From Bacteroidales bacterium (lineage in GTDB: Bacteria; Bacteroidota; Bacteroidia; Bacteroidales; UBA12481), in the NCBI GenBank assembly GCA_038330665.1, contig JBBQOG010000001.1:1-28901 (forward strand): a DNA stretch of 28,901 nucleotides, in the 5' to 3' direction. The notes beneath the pieces were generated by a model. It was not told the origin of the DNA and made no database searches. It saw only the letters and a list, made by a program, of their open reading frames with translations. Shown one piece after another: positions 1-6,792 of this stretch. The translations under genes were made by a program, and so were the position numbers. Position 1 is the first letter of the stretch. Each line of letters starts with the position of its first letter.

Positions 1-492
1 CTGGTGATGATAACAGGTAAGGAAGTACAGTATGGTTCTTACGAACAGATGGGTGTCGAAATTAAGGTTACCGAGGCCCAGGCAAAGGTCCAGAATCAAC
101 TTACAGGGACGAATCAATTTATGGCGAAGGTTAGTGCTAAAAGCGACCTGGGTGCGATCAATTCTGTGATGGTATATGACAAGGCTAACCTGAATTTTTA
201 TGTTGGCAGCATTGGCGACCTGCAGGCGGTGATGTCGACAGATCAACTGTCACGTATTCTTATGAGCTCCGGTGGGTTCGGTTCCACTGTGTTGGGGATC
301 GCATACATGGCCAAAGATGGACTTAATATGGTTGCTTCGCAATATGACCTGTTGGGTGACTTTATGGCCCGCGAACTAGGTTCTGTATTCAATGCAAGTC
401 AGCTAAATATCTTTTACAGTTCAGAACAAAATCTTGGAGGAACTGTCTGGTCCGCCACTCTCCAGCAAACCATAAACTTTATCGGGTTGTAA
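1..492 (+). CDS. 5'-truncated C-terminal repeat tail of a membrane-anchored protein family member (related to 710-1810 and 1875-3092)
   Basis: The frame is open from base 1 (CTG GTG ATG...) to TAA at 490-492. It shares VMVYDKANL(N/S)F..(G/A)...DLQ with 1875-3092 and has the same short x-L-[G/N/Q/S] unit structure. The N-terminal region lies outside the window, so paralogy rests on the tail only. Confidence 0.8.
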   Translation: MVMITGKEVQYGSYEQMGVEIKVTEAQAKVQNQLTGTNQFMAKVSAKSDLGAINSVMVYDKANLNFYVGSIGDLQAVMSTDQLSRILMSSGGFGSTVLGIAYMAKDGLNMVASQYDLLGDFMARELGSVFNASQLNIFYSSEQNLGGTVWSATLQQTINFIGL

Positions 493-513
493 AACATCTC
501 GGAACGAATGGGG

Positions 514-546
514 AAAAGGGTGAGTCAATGGATTCACCCTTTTTTG
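514..546 (+). terminator. Rho-independent terminator (possibly bidirectional)
   Basis: AAAAGGGTGAGTC-AATG-GATTCACCCTTTTTT: a stem with one G-U pair followed by a T-run, about 20 nt after the stop at 492. Confidence 0.85.
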
Positions 547-709
547 TTGTGCCCATTGGATGAAGTGTGTCATTCGTCAAATAGCTTGCTCCCAAACCTG
601 TACCCGCCATCGATTTTTCTTACCTTCCGCCAACTTTTTCAAATTTAGTGGTAATTAAAGCAAGCATACAAAACCAAGTTTAACCAATTGTTTAAAGACC
701 TTTTACATC

Positions 710-1810
710 ATGAAAAAACAAACGAAAATAATCCTCGGCGCACTGGTCGTCGTGGTAATTGCCATTGTCGCCATCTCCCTGGGTTTTCCACCGGTACAAA
801 AGGGCGAATCTTCCGGAACATTCGGGAAAGCCGATAAGTACCACAAAAGTCAATTAACCGAAAAGGATGTTCAGTTAAGGAGCAAACTCACCGCCGATAC
901 CGCCCAGTTAAAGCAGATGATACAGGGATTGGCCTATTTTGCTGTTTTCACCAACGACGTGAGCAATAAAATTGACAGTTGCTTTGTGATGTTTCAGGAA
1001 AAGGGCCTCAACAGTCAGGACCTCGGATATTCCGATATGATGGCCCTCAAGGATTATTCCGCTTTTATCCGGAACAACAATAAAATACTGGTTAATACGA
1101 CCAATCTGCTGAGTGGGTTTTACTATCCCGAAACGGCTGATCAGTCGGTTGATGTGGAACAAAGTATGAGAGAGTTTGGCAATTATGTAAAAAATCTGAA
1201 CCAGAAAGATAAAGTCATTGAGCCAGCACTAAAGAGCATGGACCGCTTTATCAGTACCAACAAAATCCTGCAGGAACGGAAAGAGGAAATGCGGAAACTG
1301 AAAGGCATCCGCGACCAGCTGCTGATCAAAGGGGTACAACTCGGAGGGATGGTAGGCGATAAAAGCCTGATAAGCGGATTAAGTAGTCTTGCACTTCAAG
1401 CACAGCTGGGTTCCATCGGATCGCAGGAAAATAATCTTGGCATAATAAAAGCCCAGGGTAATTTGCAGGTTAATCTAATGAATTCGAAAGAGGCCTTGGG
1501 CCAGGTTAGTTTCATCAATTCACAGGTTTTAGGATATAACAGCACCATTCAGTCTTTCGAAATCAAAGCGGTTAATGCCGCTGCCGATTTGAATGGTATT
1601 TCTATCATCGCAGGCTTTGGCGGAATGGGTGTTGTCGTTATTTGCGCGAATTATAACATGAACTCCGCTACCGTCCAACAGGCATTCGGCAACGCACTGA
1701 ATGTAAATCTCATGAATGCAAACGGCCCATTAGGCGTTGGCTTTACCGCAAGCACTAACCTGGCGGGGATGGCACTATCTTTTAGCGGTCTTTGTTCCAC
1801 TTTATTGTAA
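710..1810 (+). CDS. Hypothetical membrane-anchored protein: N-terminal TM helix, conserved helical region, divergent repeat tail (paralog 2)
   Basis: 366-aa ORF. MKKQTK is followed by the hydrophobic IILGALVVVVIAIVAISLGFPP and then SSGTFGKADKY. It is colinear with 1875-3092 for ~229 aa; about 67 of the first 91 residues are identical by manual ungapped alignment. Confidence 0.9.
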   Translation: MKKQTKIILGALVVVVIAIVAISLGFPPVQKGESSGTFGKADKYHKSQLTEKDVQLRSKLTADTAQLKQMIQGLAYFAVFTNDVSNKIDSCFVMFQEKGLNSQDLGYSDMMALKDYSAFIRNNNKILVNTTNLLSGFYYPETADQSVDVEQSMREFGNYVKNLNQKDKVIEPALKSMDRFISTNKILQERKEEMRKLKGIRDQLLIKGVQLGGMVGDKSLISGLSSLALQAQLGSIGSQENNLGIIKAQGNLQVNLMNSKEALGQVSFINSQVLGYNSTIQSFEIKAVNAAADLNGISIIAGFGGMGVVVICANYNMNSATVQQAFGNALNVNLMNANGPLGVGFTASTNLAGMALSFSGLCSTLL

Positions 1811-1874
1811 TAAGTAAGAACCTTACGAGGAATTAAGCAACCACTTACTCACCTGAGAACCAATTTATATTCTG

Positions 1875-3092
1875 ATGAAATCAAGGAAAAAAATCATTTT
1901 TGGCGCGTTGATCGTTCTGGCGATAGCCATACTAGCTGTCTCCCTCGGATTTCCGCCGGCATTAAAGGGAATCAGTTCCGGAACATTCGGAAAGGCCGAT
2001 AAGTACCGCAAGAGTCAAATGACCGAAAAAGATATTCAGCTTAGGAGTGAACTCACTGCCGATACTGCAAAACTGAGATCTATGATTCAAGGTCTCGTTT
2101 ATTTCACCGTTTTCACCGAAGATCTGAGCAATAAAATGGATTCCTGTGTGAGCGAATTCCAACTGAAAGGAATGACCAGCCAGGATGCGGGCTATGCCAA
2201 AGTCATGCTTCTAAAGGATTATGTTGATTATATGAGGAACAGCAACGTAACCCTCGGAAGCACCATCAACCTGTTGGCCGGTTTTTACGGAAATAACCAG
2301 GCCGACCAATCGGTTGATGTGGATAAAACCCTTCGGGATTTCGGAAATTATGTTAAAACCCTGCTTGAAAAGGATTCGATACTGGAACCGGCTTTGGTAA
2401 GTATGGATCATTTTATGCTGACGAGTAGCCTCGTGAAAGATAGAAAGGAGGAACTGATAAGTCTGAAATCTATCCGCGACCAACTCCTCATCCAGGGAAT
2501 TGAGCTTTGCGGCCTGATTGGTGCCCCGTCGCTCTGTGCTAATCTGACGAGTTATGGGATTGATTCTCAGGCCAACTTCAACAGCGTCTTGCTCTTCTCC
2601 AGGGAAAAGGATTTATCGGCTGTTCTGGGCGGGGGTGCCCTGTTGTTCAGCCAGGAAAAAATTGAAGCCATTGCCAGCGTAGGCATGCTTTTTGCGAATC
2701 CGGGATCTTTAGGAGGGATCAAATCAATTCATATCAATGCTAAAGAGGACCTGCAAATTCACTTAACAGGCGTCATGGTTTATGATAAGGCAAACCTGTC
2801 ATTTCATTTTGCAAGACCATCTGATCTTCAGCGTGTAATTGCAAGTTCAAATAGCCTCGATGTGAGGAGCGTGTTGGGTTTGTCGTCGAGCGGCCTTCAA
2901 ATTGAACTTTCGAATTTCAACCCGGCACTGATGGCGTGGTCTTCGGAACACTCAATAGGAAATGTGCTGAAATACAATCAGCTGTATGGCGTGTCGGCAG
3001 TAGCCCTCAATGTGGCTGACTTGCAGAACCTGATTCGTTCTGTTTCGTTGGTCAATGCGAGTGCGGAGCTCAAAACGGGTTATGGTGAGTGA
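1875..3092 (+). CDS. Hypothetical membrane-anchored protein: N-terminal TM helix, conserved helical region, divergent repeat tail (paralog 3)
   Basis: 405-aa ORF with the same N-terminal architecture as 710-1810. The tail starts at about 2562 and cannot be aligned to the paralog 2 tail except in unit pattern. Confidence 0.9.
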   Translation: MKSRKKIIFGALIVLAIAILAVSLGFPPALKGISSGTFGKADKYRKSQMTEKDIQLRSELTADTAKLRSMIQGLVYFTVFTEDLSNKMDSCVSEFQLKGMTSQDAGYAKVMLLKDYVDYMRNSNVTLGSTINLLAGFYGNNQADQSVDVDKTLRDFGNYVKTLLEKDSILEPALVSMDHFMLTSSLVKDRKEELISLKSIRDQLLIQGIELCGLIGAPSLCANLTSYGIDSQANFNSVLLFSREKDLSAVLGGGALLFSQEKIEAIASVGMLFANPGSLGGIKSIHINAKEDLQIHLTGVMVYDKANLSFHFARPSDLQRVIASSNSLDVRSVLGLSSSGLQIELSNFNPALMAWSSEHSIGNVLKYNQLYGVSAVALNVADLQNLIRSVSLVNASAELKTGYGE

Positions 3093-3134
3093 AGACCAAA
3101 TAAATGATGTAAATTGGATCCTAAACCAAACCCT

Positions 3135-6086
3135 ATGAAATTCAAATTATTTTGCCCGGGATTCCTGCTCCTTTGCGTGGTTGCTCTTCCCGGGTTTGCT
3201 CAGCAAAAAATTGTGCTGCAGCAATACCAGACGGACCATGTGAAGCTGATGTTCATGGATAAAAACACGTCCTACCTGGTGCCTCATACGGTACGCTCCT
3301 TCGAGAATGCACTGGCTTTTCATCAACAATTCTGGGATTATACCCCCTCCGGACCCACAAATATTTTGTTCAACGATTTTTCGGATGTCGGAAACGGCGG
3401 AACCATGGTCATCCCCTGGAACTTCCTGAATATTGGCGTATCCCCGTTTGATTACACCTACTCAGTTGTTCCCTCCAATGAGCGCATGCAATGGCTGATG
3501 AGCCACGAACTCGCCCACCAGGTGATGTGCGATAAAAATTCAAAATCCGACCGGATTTTTCAGAAAATTCTCGGCGGGAAAGTGATGCCCGATAACCGTG
3601 ATCCCCTTTCCCTGGTTTACAGCTACTTTACTACCCCGCGCTGGTACTCCCCGCGCTGGTACCACGAGGGCATCGCTGTGTTTATGGAAACCTGGATGTC
3701 GGGTGGGGTGGGCCGCGTAATGGGCGGATATGACGAGATGGTTTTCCGGACCATGGTGCGCGACAGCAGCTATTTCTATCATGTAATCGGACTGGAGACC
3801 GAAGGAACTACCGTTGACTTTCAGGTGGGCGTTAATTCCTATCTGTATGGAACCCGGTTCGATGCCTATCTGGCCCACCAGTATGGCCCCGATAAGCTGA
3901 AGGAGTTTTATTCAAGAACCGATACCAGCAAGAGATTCTATGCCAGCCAGTTTAAGGAGGTGTATAAAATACCCGTTGAACAGGAGTGGAAAAAATGGAT
4001 CGGCTGGGAGAAAAGCTTTCAGCAGGCCAACCTGGCACAGATCGCCGAACAACCTGTAAGCACCTACCGGAAGATTGTAGATAAACCACTGGGATCAGTC
4101 TCAAGGCCCTGGGTCGACAAAGCATCGGGCAAAGTGTATGTGGCCGTGAACTATCCCGGTAAACTGGCGCATATCGCCCGAATCGATGTGAAAACCGGTG
4201 CCATGGAAAAAGTGGCGGCCGTACCCAGCCCGAGTCTCTATTACGTAACCAGTCTCACCTACGACGATTCCACCAAAACCCTCTTTGCCTCCACCCATAA
4301 CAACGACTGGAGGGGGCTCGAGTCGATCAATGCCGAAACGGGCCGGGTAACTAAACTGATTCCTTTTGACCGGGCCGGCGGCCTGGTGTTTAACAATAAA
4401 GACCGCGCTATTTACGGGGTCCAGAGCATGAGCGGCCGATCAACCCTCATCCGCATCCTTCCACCATATAAAAAATGGGACGATCTGTACACCCTTCCTT
4501 TCGGTAAGGATTTTTCCGATCTGGATATATCCCCCGATGGGCAACTGCTCACCGGTACCCTGTCGGATATCCAGGGCCGCCAAAAACTGGTGCTGTTCCG
4601 TATTGCCGACCTCCTGGCCGGGAATACCGGTTTTAAGGAGATCTATGAATTTGAAGATAACCCGGCGGCTAATTTTGTGTTTTCCCCCGATGGCAAATTT
4701 CTTTACGGAACCTCTTATTATACAGGAGTTTCGAACGTATTCAGGATTTCCCTGGAAACCCTGACCCCCGAAATTCTTACCAATGCCACCAGCGGATTCT
4801 TCCGACCGATCCCGGTTTCGAAAGATTCTATGCTGATCATGGAATATACCCCCGCAGGGATGATAGCCGGGATGATGAAGATTAATCCCCTGGCCGACGT
4901 GAATGCCATCGAATACCTGGGACAAAAAATATTCAACAAATACCCGCAAGTGGAATCCTGGATTCTGCAACCCCCGTCGAAGATCAACCTCGATTCCCTG
5001 AAGGTGACCGAAAAGGTTTATCATCCGATGAAAGAGATGAAACTGGCCAATGCCTATCCCATCATTCAGGGCTATAAAAATTATGTGGCCGGCGGATACC
5101 GGCTGAATTTTATGGATCCGATCGGACTCAACGCACTGAATCTGAAATTGTCTGTTTCACCCTACGATTCATTGCCCAATAAGCAAAAGGTTCACCTGTC
5201 AGTGGATTACAATTATTGGAGCTGGACCTTTTCAGCTACCTATAACTATGCCGACTTCTATGATCTTTTCGGACCTACCAAATTCAGTCGCGCCGGCTAC
5301 TCCTTTACCGCCAAATATTATAAAATGTTTAACCGGATGGCCCCCTCCAAAACAGAACTGCACGTGAGGCTGAGCGCATACGGTGATCTGGAAACCCTGC
5401 CATCGTACCAGAATATTGCGTCGGATTTTAAAAACATGTATATCGGCGTGGTCAATTACCATAAAAGCTATTTACGGAAATCCCTTGGTGCCATCGAGCC
5501 GGAACAGGGCTACGACTGGAATGTTTATGCCTATACCAGCTTCGCCACCAGTCCGACCGAACAAGCATTCTATCCGCAGCTGATCAATAATTTTGATTTC
5601 GGGTTCCTGCTCCCGATGCGGAATTCAGCCATCTGGTTCCGGACTTCCGCCGGTCAGAGTTTTGGCGCATCCGATAAATCAAACTCGATGTTCTATTTCG
5701 GCGGATTCGGCAACAATTTCGTCGATTACCGCTCGGTTCAGCAATACCGCGATATGTCGAGCTTTCCGGGTGTGGAGATCGATCAGCTTTCCGCAATGAA
5801 TTATGGCAAACTCACCACCGAAATCAACTTAACCCCCATCCGTTTTCGCAAACTGGGATTCCTGGGTTTCTACTCCACCTATGCCCGGCTGTCGCTGTTC
5901 GGAATGGGCCTGATCACCGATGTCGCAAACACCCGCGATCAAAGGAATTACTTTGCCTCAGGGGTTCAGCTCGACTTCGAACTGGTCATGTTTTCACTGC
6001 TGAAATCGACCCTTTCATTTGGCTACTCCAGAGCCTACATTCCGGGAACCCCCGCCGACCAATTCATGGTATCGCTGAAGCTGTAA
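3135..6086 (+). CDS. Outer-membrane protein: gluzincin (MA-like) metallopeptidase + beta-propeller (TolB/PD40-like) + Omp85-like beta-barrel
   Basis: Signal peptide MKFKLF...PGFA|QQ from ATG 3135. HELAH at 3504-3518 and downstream WYHEGIA give the gluzincin HExxH...E pattern. Propeller-like repeats (DISPDG, FSPDGKFLY) follow. The C-terminal ~350 aa has alternating aromatic/hydrophobic strands and FYFGG...SFPG, resembling Omp85 loop 6. Confidence 0.75.
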   Translation: MKFKLFCPGFLLLCVVALPGFAQQKIVLQQYQTDHVKLMFMDKNTSYLVPHTVRSFENALAFHQQFWDYTPSGPTNILFNDFSDVGNGGTMVIPWNFLNIGVSPFDYTYSVVPSNERMQWLMSHELAHQVMCDKNSKSDRIFQKILGGKVMPDNRDPLSLVYSYFTTPRWYSPRWYHEGIAVFMETWMSGGVGRVMGGYDEMVFRTMVRDSSYFYHVIGLETEGTTVDFQVGVNSYLYGTRFDAYLAHQYGPDKLKEFYSRTDTSKRFYASQFKEVYKIPVEQEWKKWIGWEKSFQQANLAQIAEQPVSTYRKIVDKPLGSVSRPWVDKASGKVYVAVNYPGKLAHIARIDVKTGAMEKVAAVPSPSLYYVTSLTYDDSTKTLFASTHNNDWRGLESINAETGRVTKLIPFDRAGGLVFNNKDRAIYGVQSMSGRSTLIRILPPYKKWDDLYTLPFGKDFSDLDISPDGQLLTGTLSDIQGRQKLVLFRIADLLAGNTGFKEIYEFEDNPAANFVFSPDGKFLYGTSYYTGVSNVFRISLETLTPEILTNATSGFFRPIPVSKDSMLIMEYTPAGMIAGMMKINPLADVNAIEYLGQKIFNKYPQVESWILQPPSKINLDSLKVTEKVYHPMKEMKLANAYPIIQGYKNYVAGGYRLNFMDPIGLNALNLKLSVSPYDSLPNKQKVHLSVDYNYWSWTFSATYNYADFYDLFGPTKFSRAGYSFTAKYYKMFNRMAPSKTELHVRLSAYGDLETLPSYQNIASDFKNMYIGVVNYHKSYLRKSLGAIEPEQGYDWNVYAYTSFATSPTEQAFYPQLINNFDFGFLLPMRNSAIWFRTSAGQSFGASDKSNSMFYFGGFGNNFVDYRSVQQYRDMSSFPGVEIDQLSAMNYGKLTTEINLTPIRFRKLGFLGFYSTYARLSLFGMGLITDVANTRDQRNYFASGVQLDFELVMFSLLKSTLSFGYSRAYIPGTPADQFMVSLKL

Positions 6087-6117
6087 ATTCAAATTTTTGC
6101 CTTTTGTCCCAGCCCCT

Positions 6118-6150
6118 TAATGGCCTTACCCACTGAACATTATGGCCTTT
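6118..6150 (+). promoter_or_regulatory. Direct repeat ATGGCCTT with 22-bp period, candidate activator site
   Basis: ATGGCCTT at 6120-6127 and 6142-6149, plus a partial GCCTT at 6099-6103, all upstream of the putative -7 box at 6185. Confidence 0.4.
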
Positions 6151-6184
6151 AGGTCCCATGCGAATTTCATCTGCAAAAGTTTTG

Positions 6185-6192
6185 TACATTTA
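6185..6192 (+). promoter_or_regulatory. Putative Bacteroidota sigma-A -7 element (TACATTTA)
   Basis: One mismatch to TAnnTTTG, about 22 nt upstream of ATG 6215. Confidence 0.45.
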
Positions 6193-6214
6193 TGCAGAAT
6201 TCTTTACCACTCCT

Positions 6215-6736
6215 ATGCAACCTAAACTATCTTTTCCCTTACTCCTGTTATGTTTCCTGGGCATTCTTGCCGGTTGTGCAAAAAGTGACGATGAATCAGT
6301 GCTGAAAGCGGCCGAACTGGCAAAAAACAAAGAAATTGCCCTGGCAGTGGTCCACGCCTCCGCTGTGGGTCTGGGCGAAACACTGAAAAACTTTCCGGAT
6401 TCCGCCAGTGGCGTGCTGTATATCAGGACCTACATCGATTCCATCCGATTTTACCCCGATAAATCCGGATATTTCTATGTATATGACTATCAGTGCATTA
6501 ACATCGCGCATGCTACACAAAAGAATCTCCAGGGGACCAACCTGTATAATCACCAGGATACCAAGGGTAAATATGTGGTGCGCGAACTATCCGCAGCCGC
6601 AAGAGCAGGCGGTGGATTTGTCGAATTTTACTGGATCAAACCTGGTGAAACAGGTGAAAAGCTCAAGATCGGATACGTGGAGCCAATCCCCGGTACCAAC
6701 TACTGGATCGGATCCGGAGTTTATGTTCCGGAATAA
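6215..6736 (+). CDS. Stand-alone single-Cache (sCache_2-type) lipoprotein
   Basis: From ATG 6215: MQPKLSFPLLLLCFLGILAG-C is a lipobox. GYFYVYD...HAT..NLQGTNL....DTKGKY, GGGFVEFYWIKPG, KIGYV and WIGSGVY match the sCache_2 pattern. There is no TM helix or output domain. Confidence 0.85.
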   Translation: MQPKLSFPLLLLCFLGILAGCAKSDDESVLKAAELAKNKEIALAVVHASAVGLGETLKNFPDSASGVLYIRTYIDSIRFYPDKSGYFYVYDYQCINIAHATQKNLQGTNLYNHQDTKGKYVVRELSAAARAGGGFVEFYWIKPGETGEKLKIGYVEPIPGTNYWIGSGVYVPE

Positions 6737-6792
6737 TACGGGCCCCAGGAGTACCATGCAAAAATGAACTGAAACCATTAAAAGATTTAGGA

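Noticed and set aside
1397-3089. Diversity-generating retroelement as the source of tail variability
   Set aside because: No reverse transcriptase and no template/variable repeat pair differing only at adenines is visible; the tails differ at all base types and in length.
710-3092. Apparent lower GC of the paralog tails, suggesting horizontal acquisition
   Set aside because: Based only on spot checks of a few lines and explainable by N/S/I/L-rich composition; it needs a sliding-window GC and codon-usage calculation.
3634-3662. 15-nt tandem repeat CCCCGCGCTGGTAC(T) encoding PRWYS-PRWY
   Set aside because: Two copies only, in frame, next to the catalytic Glu motif; not a CRISPR or slippage tract, and most simply a protein motif.
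3540-5796. Antisense and alternate-frame ORFs of 60-250 aa here and throughout the window (e.g. 4440-5024, 7999-8739, 22875-23483, 28042-28731)
   Set aside because: They lie wholly within well-supported genes, show no recognisable motifs, and are expected shadows of biased codon usage.
1-6086. Classical RiPP cluster interpretation of the repeat tails
   Set aside because: No modifying enzyme (radical SAM, YcaO, LanM, ATP-grasp, methyltransferase) is in the window. It cannot be excluded upstream of base 1, so only unmodified processing is proposed.
6158-6214. Upstream starts for the sCache gene (6158), and similarly 3114 and 23959 for their genes
   Set aside because: Downstream ATGs (6215, 3135, 23944) give canonical signal peptides, and the 6158 extension covers the putative promoter.
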